From a virus: 64,000 bases of DNA. The DNA lies in the IMG/VR virus record IMGVR_UViG_3300045988_080466; one strand, given 5' to 3'. Below are positions 40,201 through 48,608 of the stretch, piece by piece. The number at the start of each line of letters is the position of its first letter. Position 1 is the first letter of the stretch. The notes below the pieces were generated by a model. It saw nothing but the letters and a program-made list of their open reading frames with translations. It did no database searches and was not told the DNA's origin. The position numbers and the translations under genes are program-made.

Positions 40201-41865
40201 ACTAATGGTAAACCTGAACAAACATACGAAACTAACCTTGAACACATTAAGGATATGTATGTGTTCTCCGATATTAGAAAGAAGGAAATGGATACAGTTC
40301 TTCCTGCTATTAATGCAGCAATTATTTCTCTTCAATTTACACAGAGACTTTCTAACAAGGATGCCCAAGCAACTATCGACTTCTTGAATGATTATATTAA
40401 GTCAGCAGTATTCGATGAATCTCTTATTGATAAAGAAAGTAGGGGAACGTTTAGAACTTTAGGAATGTTGAAGTCAGTATCTACTAAATTTATTCTTGGT
40501 TTTAACTACTTATCAGGAGCTAAAGAAACTATCACCGGATTCTTCAATCTTTATGAAAGAGCAGTAGCTAATAGCTTACTTGATAAAGATAAGATAGGAC
40601 TAAAGGATATGACTTCCGCTTATACTACTGTTTGGGTCGATTCTGTAAGACAGATAAGTACGATTACTATCCTAGAACATTTAAATTGGCAATATAGAAT
40701 GGCTAACGTGGATATGAACGCATTAGTCGATAGAATGAACTATGAAAAGACTGATGGATTCAGATTTAATGACAGAATGTTCTGGGCTAATAGAGCTCCC
40801 GACTTCTTATCAAGAATGACAATCCTCATTGGCTATATGAAGAAACATGGCTGCTATGATGCACATGAATATAAGAACGGAGAGGTAACTTACAATTGGA
40901 AAAAAGATAAGAGATTTAGTCTTCTTGCGAATCCAAATGCTGATACTAATTCATCTGAATGGCAATATCAAAGGTCTTTATATAATGCAATGATGGAAAC
41001 TTTCTTTGAAGAAAATTATAAACTTCCAAATGCTGACGGAACTTCGAGATTCTTATCAAGAGAAAAGGATTCAAGGGGAGTTTATAAAGAAGCTCTTCCT
41101 CAAGCATATACTACTCTTGAAGCTAATATGATAAAGCAAGAATCTGACAGCATATTCGGATATATGGACCACGATACTAAGTCTTTATATCTAAAGAAAG
41201 GAATGTTTATATTCCTTCACCAATTCCAGACTTTCTTGTCAGCAAAGAAAAATCAATACTTCCTAAAAAGAGGCACTTACGACCAAGGTCATTGGGTTCA
41301 GGTAACTGATGATGCAGGAAATAAGCTTTATTGGGATACTGTTCAAGACAACGAAGGTAACACCATTAGAGTTAAAACTACAGAAAATACTGGAGACCCA
41401 ATTGTGGATTGGCAAGGTAAAATTATGGAAGGAATTGCATGGTCACTAAGAGACTTATTTAACTTTACTAAGCCAGAGAGAATGAAAGATGCTTGGAGAG
41501 ACCCTGTAAAAAGAAGAAATCTCCTATTAGCTTTAGAAGATGGGGCTATTATAGGAATTATTTATCTAATGCTTGCTTTATTATTTGGAGATAAAGATGC
41601 AAAAGCTATGTCAAACACTGAACAAGCTATCGCAAGAATAGCAAGAAATGTAGGCGGAGAATTTAATATGTTTGCAATCTTTAATGGGGCTGTAGACTTT
41701 AAGATGCCTATGTATCAATTCTATAGTGGATTGTTCGAAGATGGAGTTAAAGTAGCATCCGGTGATATGCATGTATTAAGATTCTTTACTGATAATACTG
41801 GAGCATTCAGACCTCTTAAACCAACTGTTATAGATAACTTTAAAGCACCTAACGCTAACGAGTAA
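37240..41865 (+). CDS. large protein (1541 aa) with N-terminal PD-(D/E)xK (RecB/Cas4-like) nuclease motifs and a C-terminal TM helix
   Basis: ATG at 37240 (MACKYTL), 1 nt after the upstream TAA, is preferred over the track's TTG at 37222. Motifs are LRGKIDLLAV, VEIYDLKLATK and IQYQLGFYKRM (GxID / DxK / QxxxY). A hydrophobic LLLALEDGAIIGIIYLMLALLFG lies near the C-terminus. Confidence 0.65.
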   Translation: MACKYTLKINSTGKVLTFNSEKELDNYLLSNYTEFEGMVDHTFRFSKDYITMLDTEQVKSQDKLDKDRKLAYEKAKARNAKNDDTIVVRGQGEMTDVIENEETYSDGFISVLKFLSRQRGTNAPLINAFSREGYKRNTRIDRSQGKPEDVSPEEWLKQIDSSIDQDFEYWDYLQEIGRGFHLVMDTVINSNFDISADMVDSVISKKFERDFLGGKNLSTLNGVSTGALMDFIKGITALKKNIILNSGRGRKFKKFYTEYVVDHDGGPDAKLRGKIDLLAVFEDNEGNQSVEIYDLKLATKPQDRWDADKKNTIQYQLGFYKRMLQAKGIAARNISTKIIPVLIEGDKILHKIDKVSVGEPEVYLPNIGQKANIDEIIKIPIGIENLSNPLENTVSERMSKFFPMSKINPTDIVDFDMLFASQVHIDKNTGEYWFRDVTKSTNEKGEIRRATKEEAEAAFEDYLVRKLEHDNDVTLAITNNLKYNLDKVNGFGGKNFNPTRTGLQIVPANTYEPKLGLFEANLSKYKNEPGWNIISNDALTNMNVILLINETRKEMDLISIASHDLNSTINLGKGNNIFGRFKSDREVELDKQVIKATVGNVELMKLLSIANAFQETDLGSYTIGEMKVVNIGKSEYLSSYLNQEKINHAFNTLSELSGQSKGNTLKFTDEFDIAWRTFNNIMNYGTYENRDRLDKIAKTLSIDGDITSFDKQAKMDILTRMFKELQARYFSTNASADISNPIAYLFLQVSNALAKYGNTTIDIYNEELWAKNFGNLAEQWKRGELFNGTYLNTIDTIPIVKSVAHRLAETNRNITNLYGNYKNKDRAITNKFYQESGQGFVGKTIINDSTIRFKRLLDQSDSGKRKFMVKNPYDMSTDLNPAERNYLKYWLEDLNNRRYPGQDRAEVGERYFEIPLLRGSSFSKITNGKNPLVTYKEDGSLEMVNPRMTTTAQEEYLSTDALKNLVEMYNVFDISNSVGGRERLLSDTNGKPEQTYETNLEHIKDMYVFSDIRKKEMDTVLPAINAAIISLQFTQRLSNKDAQATIDFLNDYIKSAVFDESLIDKESRGTFRTLGMLKSVSTKFILGFNYLSGAKETITGFFNLYERAVANSLLDKDKIGLKDMTSAYTTVWVDSVRQISTITILEHLNWQYRMANVDMNALVDRMNYEKTDGFRFNDRMFWANRAPDFLSRMTILIGYMKKHGCYDAHEYKNGEVTYNWKKDKRFSLLANPNADTNSSEWQYQRSLYNAMMETFFEENYKLPNADGTSRFLSREKDSRGVYKEALPQAYTTLEANMIKQESDSIFGYMDHDTKSLYLKKGMFIFLHQFQTFLSAKKNQYFLKRGTYDQGHWVQVTDDAGNKLYWDTVQDNEGNTIRVKTTENTGDPIVDWQGKIMEGIAWSLRDLFNFTKPERMKDAWRDPVKRRNLLLALEDGAIIGIIYLMLALLFGDKDAKAMSNTEQAIARIARNVGGEFNMFAIFNGAVDFKMPMYQFYSGLFEDGVKVASGDMHVLRFFTDNTGAFRPLKPTVIDNFKAPNANE

Positions 41866-41877
41866 ATGAAAAAAAAT

Positions 41878-41921
41878 AAGGGCGCCAATCAAGTAGTTTT
41901 ACCTACCTGACTGACGCCCTT
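41878..41921. terminator. bidirectional hairpin terminator at the convergent junction
   Basis: AAGGGCGCCAATCA...TGACTGACGCCCTT forms an imperfect inverted repeat. It is preceded by an A-run and followed by a T-rich sequence, and sits between the + arm stop (41865) and the - arm stop (41927). Confidence 0.55.
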
Positions 41922-41926
41922 AAATT

Positions 41927-42613
41927 TTATCGTTCTAACATGTTCATAGTATCATCATAAGCTAATGTTATAGCTTTAATGTAATACTTCATATCCAAGT
42001 TGTTTTCAATTATTATGTCAACTCTTATATTATCAATAAGTTTCTCACTTATGTGATTTCCTGCCCCGCTGCCTTCTCGTTCTATTTTCCATAAAACTCC
42101 ACCAGCATTTCGTATAGCATCCGCTTCATTTGGAAATCTGACGTCAGGGACAATCCAAAAGCCTTTATCCCTTACCATAGAGGGCAAAAACATAGTACTG
42201 GATTTTTCATATCCTCGCATCAAGGCTTTTACCCATAGGTCCTTATCAATATTCCTTCCTACCTCTGTTCCGAAGTATTGAAGAAATTCTCTATTGGTCA
42301 TTGGCTCTCCCTCTTTATTAGACAGTGGAAGTGTAGTAAAAGACTCCTTGAAGGAATTATACTCAAAACTTTCTCTGCTTACTCCAAGTATTAATGACGC
42401 ACACTCCTTTAATTTATCAGCAAATGCATGCTTTTCCCATCTAGAACCTATAAAAATAGTCCCATTATTTAAGTTTTCTAAAACAAAATCTTCTTCTGAA
42501 ATTTTTAGTCGTTCTTCGTCTCCCAATAAGTATCTATAGTAGTCTACTAATTGTACTATTTTACACGCAGTATCCTTCCCTGATTGGGCTTTTCCTGTTA
42601 TTCCAATTATCAT
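41927..42613 (-). CDS. deoxynucleoside monophosphate kinase-like P-loop kinase
   Basis: N-terminal GITGKAQSGKDT P-loop and VPDVRFPNEADAIR, a pattern I associate with phage dNMP kinases. Confidence 0.65.
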   Translation of the reverse strand: MIIGITGKAQSGKDTACKIVQLVDYYRYLLGDEERLKISEEDFVLENLNNGTIFIGSRWEKHAFADKLKECASLILGVSRESFEYNSFKESFTTLPLSNKEGEPMTNREFLQYFGTEVGRNIDKDLWVKALMRGYEKSSTMFLPSMVRDKGFWIVPDVRFPNEADAIRNAGGVLWKIEREGSGAGNHISEKLIDNIRVDIIIENNLDMKYYIKAITLAYDDTMNMLER

Positions 42614-42828
42614 TTCATGTAGTATTTTAGTTCATTAAGAACAAAAGTAGGGTCCAAATACGGCATCTTTTCCTTAATTTTGTTATATTGCTCGACAAGT
42701 TCTTTTTTGTCAGTTATTTTATCAGAAAACCCTAAGAAACCGTCACTGTCAGGCTTAAGAATAAGTCTGTGAATTTCACATGAAATTGCAAAGAGTATCG
42801 GGTCTGACGTCTCAAGATTGTTCATCAT
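42610..42828 (-). CDS. hypothetical protein (72 aa)
   Basis: ATG ORF with 4-nt overlaps to both neighbours; no recognised motif. Confidence 0.5.
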   Translation of the reverse strand: MMNNLETSDPILFAISCEIHRLILKPDSDGFLGFSDKITDKKELVEQYNKIKEKMPYLDPTFVLNELKYYMK

Positions 42829-43286
42829 ACAACATACGATTTTACTAAGTCGGAAATTTGTTTACCGTCTGCAGCAGGGAACTTATCTTTCATTCCTTTA
42901 ATTATTGTTCCCATATCCTTTTTTGGAATTGCAAGACTGTCGATTTTATCTTGTACCTTATAAATCAAAGCTAAGTCAAACAGACCCTTACGCAACTGCT
43001 CTTCTCCGGGAATTTCAGGTAAGAACTCATTTAGGATAAGAGATTCTTGCATCTCTATATCATACAAATCCTGTCTGCCTGCCATACGGTATTGTTCAGC
43101 ATTATCGATGCGCTGGTCTCTCAACTTCTTAATAATAGCAATCTCTGTTGCTTTATCAAGGGGTTTGGCGTTTTTCTGCGTTTCATGTACTAAGAACGCA
43201 GTTTTTATTGCTCTAAGAACTTCTGTGCGAGTTCTTGTTTTAGCTTTCATTGATTGTTTAATCAGTTCATCAATATCCTCTTTCAT
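42825..43286 (-). CDS. GatB/YqeY-domain protein
   Basis: Full-length resemblance to YqeY: ELIKQSMKAKTRTRTEVLRAIKTAF, IIKKLRDQRIDNAEQYRMAGRQDLYDIEMQESLILNEFLPE, KKDMGTIIKGMKDKFPAADGKQISDLVKSYV. Confidence 0.8.
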   Translation of the reverse strand: MKEDIDELIKQSMKAKTRTRTEVLRAIKTAFLVHETQKNAKPLDKATEIAIIKKLRDQRIDNAEQYRMAGRQDLYDIEMQESLILNEFLPEIPGEEQLRKGLFDLALIYKVQDKIDSLAIPKKDMGTIIKGMKDKFPAADGKQISDLVKSYVV

Positions 43287-43476
43287 TGTCTTCCAATATA
43301 TTTAAAATTATACCTCCTACACCCATCAACAATATGGCAGAGATACATACTCCAAACCATACATTAAGTGAGTATGCAAACACTAGAAGTAGTACCACTA
43401 AGGTTATACCTCCGAGCCCAATAGCTCCAAGTGCAAAAAATAGTGCCAATCGTTTTCGTAAATCTTCTTTATCCAT
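43270..43476 (-). CDS. small membrane protein (two hydrophobic helices)
   Basis: LALFFALGAIGLGGITLVVLLLVFAY and WFGVCISAILLMGVGGIILNI; overlaps both neighbours. Confidence 0.55.
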   Translation of the reverse strand: MDKEDLRKRLALFFALGAIGLGGITLVVLLLVFAYSLNVWFGVCISAILLMGVGGIILNILEDNERGY

Positions 43477-43861
43477 TTTTCTTTATAGTATGTCTCCTCT
43501 TTATATTTTGAGCAGTACCACTATTCCAACGACCTTCTCTTACATAGGCTATATCAACATCAGATACTCTGGTCATTGCAGCATCACGCTCTTCATCAGT
43601 TTTGTAATGACCCATGTAGCTAACTCTTGATTCATCTTTAGGAGTGTTTCTTGGACTATCAAACATATGATATATAACTACTCCACAAGGAAGGTTTTCT
43701 GTTATGAAATCCATAGCCATTTTGTCTACTCCTTCATAATCACCTACTACGAAATTCTCGAAATCAGAATCATTGTAGTAGGCAGAGTAAATAGCTGGAA
43801 CGTAGTACTTCTTAAATTCTTCTTCTGTAATGTCTCTATGTCCGCTTATAAAATATATCAT
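43469..43861 (-). CDS. Rossmann/SLOG-like (DUF2493-like) nucleotide-binding protein, tentative
   Basis: The pattern YFISGHRDIT...NFVVGDYEGVDKMAMDFI...SGTAQNIKRR resembles the GxRD / G..G.D layout of SLOG-type domains. ATGA overlap with the Nudix gene. Confidence 0.35.
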   Translation of the reverse strand: MIYFISGHRDITEEEFKKYYVPAIYSAYYNDSDFENFVVGDYEGVDKMAMDFITENLPCGVVIYHMFDSPRNTPKDESRVSYMGHYKTDEERDAAMTRVSDVDIAYVREGRWNSGTAQNIKRRHTIKKNG

Positions 43862-44412
43862 GGAACTATTTGTGCGTCTAAGTCTTTTTCAAAGACGTTA
43901 ATATTATACCAAGAAATTGCTTCAAGTATTCTATCTTCATGGTTAAATGCCCATTTGTATTTTGAAATATCTCTTATAGGAACCCATTGGATAGTTTTTA
44001 CTTCATTTTTCTCACCATCTCCATTCAATACAGCTTCCATAGAAGTAGATACATTATCTTTTCCGTATTTAAGAATGGTCATATAACGTAATGTTACATT
44101 GCCGTTATTACAGTGTTCTGGGTCTGTTTCAACTCCAAATAAAGCCCACTTAGATGGGTCAATTTTGACTCCAGTTTCCTCAAATGCTTCACGAGAACAA
44201 GCTTCTTCTGCTTTCTCCATATCCAAGAAACCACATGGACAATTCCAGTAACCTTGGAAATCGGGAGTTCCTTCTCCTCTTTGGTTAGCCAAGACACACC
44301 ATTCGCCCTTGATTTTACAAAATGCGAATGCAGCAACTGCACAATATCGACCAGACCAAAGTGTTTTACCAGCGTGCTCTCCTTCTTTAATTGTATAACT
44401 CCAATTTCTCAT
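43858..44412 (-). CDS. Nudix hydrolase
   Basis: Near-canonical Nudix box GFLDMEKAEEACSREAFEETGVKI (E-x7-REx2EExGU; the G-to-E spacing is one residue short). Confidence 0.8.
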   Translation of the reverse strand: MRNWSYTIKEGEHAGKTLWSGRYCAVAAFAFCKIKGEWCVLANQRGEGTPDFQGYWNCPCGFLDMEKAEEACSREAFEETGVKIDPSKWALFGVETDPEHCNNGNVTLRYMTILKYGKDNVSTSMEAVLNGDGEKNEVKTIQWVPIRDISKYKWAFNHEDRILEAISWYNINVFEKDLDAQIVP

Positions 44413-44840
44413 TTATGTCTTCTTTTTGTTTTAGTTGTAACTTCCTTCTCGGATACTTCCAGAGGATTGTACTTTAGTTCATTGTAGGGTGTTAATGCAG
44501 TGCCTCCAATTCCTACTAAAGTCTTTTTATCATACTCTGATTTATATATAGATAGTACTTTATCAGTTTTTCTTTTGTATGCAATATACACTGGAATATT
44601 CTTTTTTATGCAGGTTTCAAGTTCGTTCTTGGTTCCTCTAGTCATGTCTTCGACTTTAGTTCCCCAATCAAACTCATTTATAATAAACACTGCAATATCA
44701 GAATCAGTTAATAAAGAACTCTCATATTTAGTTCCCATTTTCCAGTGGTTTGGCTCATAACCAAGAGAGTCCAGAAATATTTCTACTTCTGGAACTAGGT
44801 TGGCATGTTGCATACTATAAGATACATATGCTTTATTCAT
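44409..44840 (-). CDS. nucleoside 2-deoxyribosyltransferase-like (DUF4406/NDT-fold) protein, tentative
   Basis: SDIAVFIINEFDWG...TRGTKNELETCIKKNIPVYI resembles the NDT-family layout (D....GT..E...A...gkPV). ATG at 44840 is preferred over the track's TTG at 44891. Confidence 0.4.
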   Translation of the reverse strand: MNKAYVSYSMQHANLVPEVEIFLDSLGYEPNHWKMGTKYESSLLTDSDIAVFIINEFDWGTKVEDMTRGTKNELETCIKKNIPVYIAYKRKTDKVLSIYKSEYDKKTLVGIGGTALTPYNELKYNPLEVSEKEVTTKTKRRHK

Positions 44841-45393
44841 CTTTATAAAGATTAAATCGGTGAATGTATTGGCTAATAGCTTTAGGTACAAGAGGGTAAA
44901 TTTGTTTCTTGTCCTTAACCAAATACCTAATCATAGTAGAGCTTACGTCAAAAGTACAACTAATATACCCATCCACCTTCGCCTTGAATGAACTGTTGGC
45001 TCTATTTACTGCAATCAGCTTAAAGTTTTCTAATATCCATTCTCCTTCCTTCCAATTTGCAACATCATCTACAATGTCTGCACCTACAATCAGATAAAGT
45101 TCTTCGTTTGGATAATATTCCTTCAAAAGTTGTAGGGTTTGATAGGAATAGTGAGGTTCTGGAGTGTAATAGTCAATACTAGATATTGTGCAATTATCAA
45201 TTTCATCAATAGCCAGTTGTGTCATAAAACACCGGTGTTGAAATTCAGTTGCTTCGCGGTCTTTCCACACATTCTGCATAGTTGGAACCACCACTACTTC
45301 GTCAACCAAGTTATCATTTAGTGCTGATGTAATCATGTACAAATGACCCATGTGGATTGGGTCAAATGTTCCTAATAAAAATCCTACTTTCAT
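44833..45393 (-). CDS. nadD: nicotinate-nucleotide adenylyltransferase (NadD/NMNAT family)
   Basis: GTFDPIHMGHL (HxGH nucleotidyltransferase motif), IVGADIVDDVANW and DVSSTMIR (ISSTxIR motif). ATG at 45393 is preferred over the track's TTG at 45435. Confidence 0.8.
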   Translation of the reverse strand: MKVGFLLGTFDPIHMGHLYMITSALNDNLVDEVVVVPTMQNVWKDREATEFQHRCFMTQLAIDEIDNCTISSIDYYTPEPHYSYQTLQLLKEYYPNEELYLIVGADIVDDVANWKEGEWILENFKLIAVNRANSSFKAKVDGYISCTFDVSSTMIRYLVKDKKQIYPLVPKAISQYIHRFNLYKDE

Positions 45394-45395
45394 TT

Positions 45396-45929
45396 TTAAA
45401 ATAATGTTATTTCTTTTGTTGTTATATCGTAGCAATCTATAATTGCTTTTAATCCATTCGGTTTTATTTCTCTGGTTCCGATTCCAGCAAAGTCTAATCG
45501 TAAAACCGGGGTTTCACTATGTTTCCATTCTGAAAGTTCAATGTCATAGGTAAACCAACGGCTCCTTGATTGGTCAAATACAAATACATCCTTATCAGAA
45601 TCAATTGCCATTTGTACTGCCCAACCTGTTCCTCCCTTAACAGTGTTCCCATTAAATCCTTCTGCAATAGCATATATTGCATCAGAGTTTTTGACTTGAC
45701 ACCAATTTCTGGAAAGCAAAAACATATACTTTTCAAAGTTTTGCCTTTTTAAAGTATTGTTAGCTCTATATACAGCACACTTACCTTCTTCATATGCGCT
45801 ATTGCTTATTGGAAAATTTCCTCTTGGAGTTTTATTAATATAGTAGTAGTGACGAACTACTTCAAGACCATAGACTCTACCTATAATATCCCACATAGTG
45901 TCACTACCATCAGCTCCTCCAGAGTGCAT
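45396..45929 (-). CDS. Rossmann/SLOG-like protein with SGGAxGxD motif, tentative
   Basis: MHSGGADGSDTMWD...VKGGTGWAVQMAI...FAGIGTREI has a DprA/LOG/YpsA-like glycine-rich nucleotide-binding signature. ATG at 45929 is preferred over the track's GTG at 45956. Confidence 0.35.
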   Translation of the reverse strand: MHSGGADGSDTMWDIIGRVYGLEVVRHYYYINKTPRGNFPISNSAYEEGKCAVYRANNTLKRQNFEKYMFLLSRNWCQVKNSDAIYAIAEGFNGNTVKGGTGWAVQMAIDSDKDVFVFDQSRSRWFTYDIELSEWKHSETPVLRLDFAGIGTREIKPNGLKAIIDCYDITTKEITLF

Positions 45930-45936
45930 AATATAA

Positions 45937-46395
45937 TTAGTCAACAAAGTATCCACGAGAGTCCAATTCTTTTGATAAAAAACTAATAGCTTCTACACTG
46001 TATCGTTCGGTCAACTCCTCTATTTCATTGAGTAAATCATTAACCAAATCAGATACACCACAGAACCCTATATTTCCCACGAAATCGACAAGATTTTTAA
46101 TAAGTTCGGGGTCATCTACCTCGAACTTCATTTCATCCTCGAAATCATCAGGAAGATAATCGTCGTCAGCATTATAGTATCTTTCTTGAACATATACTTC
46201 CACCAAGTCAAGAGTGGCATGGACTACTTCCTCTTCAAGTCTAACAGTCAATCTGAATGCTTGAGAATCATCGTCCATTTTCTCAACTATCATATAGAAA
46301 GATTCTTCCCATGTATAATCATGGTCAGATACAAGATAGTTGGCTTCTTTTAGAGCAACTAATAACTGCTCATATATTTCGTCAATCGTTTTCAT
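45937..46395 (-). CDS. highly acidic hypothetical protein (152 aa)
   Basis: By eye roughly 30% Asp+Glu (e.g. YYNADDDYLPDDFEDEMKFEVDDPE) and few basic residues. Embedded in the NAD operon. Confidence 0.55.
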   Translation of the reverse strand: MKTIDEIYEQLLVALKEANYLVSDHDYTWEESFYMIVEKMDDDSQAFRLTVRLEEEVVHATLDLVEVYVQERYYNADDDYLPDDFEDEMKFEVDDPELIKNLVDFVGNIGFCGVSDLVNDLLNEIEELTERYSVEAISFLSKELDSRGYFVD

Positions 46396-47293
46396 ATTTT
46401 TCTCGTGTTATATAAATGGGAGCTTTCTTACGTTTAAACTCTGATGCTGTATGACGTTTGATAATCTTATGAACGACTTCTCTTCCAAGTTCTTGTTCTA
46501 AAGAATCTTGAAGTTTATCATTCTCTGGAGAAGCTTTACAAATAAGAGTTTGTAATACTCTATCAACGTCATAATAGGTCCTGGCACCTATCTGCTCCAA
46601 GTCACTATTACTAATGCCGAGACCGTCAGTAGGAGTAAGAGCTACAGACTCTCTAATAGCTTGGATTTTATCCACATCTTCACCATCGCTCATCATTGTG
46701 TAGTAATCGCAAATCCATCTGGCTAACCTATAAACCTCAGTCTTCCACAGGTCTTGAATTGGGTCAAAGTCGCCTACATCACCATGAATAGTCCAGAATC
46801 CAAGCTGATATTCAGTTTGATTATCTGTACTCATTACTAATCCTTTATGGCGACTAGCTATATCATATAGATACATCATTCTGCACCTAGCTTGAAGATT
46901 ACCATTAGCAATAGGAGTTCTACTAGGCATTTCTTCTAGTTCATCGAGATAGTAAGAATTAGCCATATTGACATCACCTGCATCAGCACAGGCATCAAAC
47001 AAAGCTGCACGATAGGAACGTTCAAGTCTGTAAACACTAAATTCATTACAGAAGGCTTCTCCTACATGTACAGAAGTAGCGAACTCATCACTTTTATTCT
47101 TAATAGGAAGACTTCTTCCTATAAGAGGAATACCAGTCTTCTTACTAACCTCATGGCATATGGCAGCAACAACAGTGGAGTCAATTCCTCCACTGATGCC
47201 TAATACCATTGCTTTCAAACCATTAGAAGTAACATAATTTGCTGTTTCTTCTACTAAGGTATTAAATACCTTTTCATAATTTAATTCTTTCAT
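46382..47293 (-). CDS. nadE: NH3-dependent NAD+ synthetase
   Basis: PP-loop GISGGIDSTVVAA, plus TEYQLGFWTIHGDVGDFDPIQDLWKTEVYRLARW, typical of NadE. Confidence 0.85.
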   Translation of the reverse strand: MKELNYEKVFNTLVEETANYVTSNGLKAMVLGISGGIDSTVVAAICHEVSKKTGIPLIGRSLPIKNKSDEFATSVHVGEAFCNEFSVYRLERSYRAALFDACADAGDVNMANSYYLDELEEMPSRTPIANGNLQARCRMMYLYDIASRHKGLVMSTDNQTEYQLGFWTIHGDVGDFDPIQDLWKTEVYRLARWICDYYTMMSDGEDVDKIQAIRESVALTPTDGLGISNSDLEQIGARTYYDVDRVLQTLICKASPENDKLQDSLEQELGREVVHKIIKRHTASEFKRKKAPIYITREKYEND

Positions 47294-47451
47294 TGTTTTA
47301 CTCGTTTAAGATAATAAACTATTACCCGACTGGAAACTCTGCCTCCTGATAAGAACTTAACTATAGTTGCGACTAATTCCCAACCGTCATCGCCCAGTCG
47401 ATTAAGCTCTTCGCAGGTAATGTCTGTTTTTTCTAAATATTCAAATTTCAT
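47290..47451 (-). CDS. small DUF4177-like protein (53 aa)
   Basis: MKFEYLEKTDITCEELNRLGDDGWELVATI (LN..G..GWELV pattern). The ATG at 47451 forms ATGA with the pncB stop; the track start is a TTG. Confidence 0.45.
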   Translation of the reverse strand: MKFEYLEKTDITCEELNRLGDDGWELVATIVKFLSGGRVSSRVIVYYLKRVKQ

Positions 47452-48608
47452 AGTCCAAGTTCTGCTAAACAAGAGTTAACTTCCATTGCACGTCCCGTAT
47501 GTTTGCCTTCATCATCAGATAGCTTTACACAGTCATATACCGGCTGATTAGAGTTCATCTGACAAGATGTAAGTTTCATAACAATGTTAGAGGGTTTAAA
47601 TCCAGTGTCATTGGTAAGGTTTGTACCTATACCGAACGATGCTCTAATTCTAGTCATACAATAGAGAGCAATATCTTCAGCCTTTTCAAAATCCAAAGCA
47701 TTACTAAAGATAATGGTTTTCGTAGTTGGGTCTATGCCCAATTCTTTATAGCGAGCAATCATTTTATTTACAAATTCATACTCGTCTCCAGAATCACATC
47801 GTACTCCGTCAAACAACTTAGCTTGTTTACGTGAGAAGTTCTTGATGAATACATTCGATGTGTAAGTATCGGTAAGAGCTATTCCCAAGTCTCCGTCATA
47901 GACATTTACCCAATTCTCAAGAGCCATATAATTAGCTTGTTTGTAACCGTACATAGCGCCATGAAACATAAACCATTCATGTGGATGTGTTCCCATTGGT
48001 TTCATGTCATACTTCATCGCAAAGTAACAGTTGGAAGTTCCGGTACAATAGATTGATTTCTCTTTAATATACTTAATAACTTCTTCTTGTATATTGTAAG
48101 AGAATCTTCTACGAGTTCCAAATTCAGAGAAATAAATTCCTGATTGATTGGAACGTTTGATTTTACTTTCCAATTTATTAAGCATTACAGGAATGTTGAC
48201 CTTATAGCCTAACATCCTATTTCTTAATTCTGAAACCATTGCAAGAATAGGAACTTCATAAAGAGAAACTTTATAAAGATAATCCTTCGCTATAATGTGA
48301 AGATGCTTTTCTTCATCCAAGAAGATTTGTACTTTACTTGGGTTAAATGTGAATTGAGACAACCATTCCCAGTAATGTCTTGGGATGAATCGAATAGAGT
48401 TCATAAACTCAAATTCATCACTTGTAAGTCTTACTTGAGCAAGGTTATATAACTCAATACGAAGTTGCTCAACAAACTCTTCTGTGTATTCAGTATTATC
48501 ACGGTCTTTAAACTCAAAAGTTCCTACCGCTTGTGGAAACAACTTCATGTAAGCATAAGAAGTTGTAAACTTGTATAAATCTGTATCTAAAATTGATTTA
48601 ATTATCAT
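47448..48608 (-). CDS. pncB: nicotinate phosphoribosyltransferase
   Basis: The N-terminus SILDTDLYKFTTSYAYMKLFPQAVGTFEFKDR parallels E. coli PncB SLLDTDAYKLHMQQAV. Length of 386 aa is typical. Confidence 0.8.
   Translation of the reverse strand: MIIKSILDTDLYKFTTSYAYMKLFPQAVGTFEFKDRDNTEYTEEFVEQLRIELYNLAQVRLTSDEFEFMNSIRFIPRHYWEWLSQFTFNPSKVQIFLDEEKHLHIIAKDYLYKVSLYEVPILAMVSELRNRMLGYKVNIPVMLNKLESKIKRSNQSGIYFSEFGTRRRFSYNIQEEVIKYIKEKSIYCTGTSNCYFAMKYDMKPMGTHPHEWFMFHGAMYGYKQANYMALENWVNVYDGDLGIALTDTYTSNVFIKNFSRKQAKLFDGVRCDSGDEYEFVNKMIARYKELGIDPTTKTIIFSNALDFEKAEDIALYCMTRIRASFGIGTNLTNDTGFKPSNIVMKLTSCQMNSNQPVYDCVKLSDDEGKHTGRAMEVNSCLAELGL

Noticed and set aside
43286-44086. Plus-strand ORFs within the - strand arm (43108-43305, 43286-43630, 43667-44086, 44254-44487, 44500-44760, 50129-50565, 52344-52690, 59716-60087, 60116-60556, 61876-62256, 62399-62713 and others).
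   Set aside because: They are antisense to ORFs with clear enzyme signatures (Nudix, Pnkp, RNA ligase, radical SAM), and their translations are hydrophobic and low-complexity.
44094-44342. Minus-strand out-of-frame ORFs overlapping recognised genes (44094-44342 in Nudix, 45494-45736, 54649-54867 in thyX, 62313-62555 in the ligase).
   Set aside because: The overlapping frame carries the recognisable domain; these alternative frames have no support.
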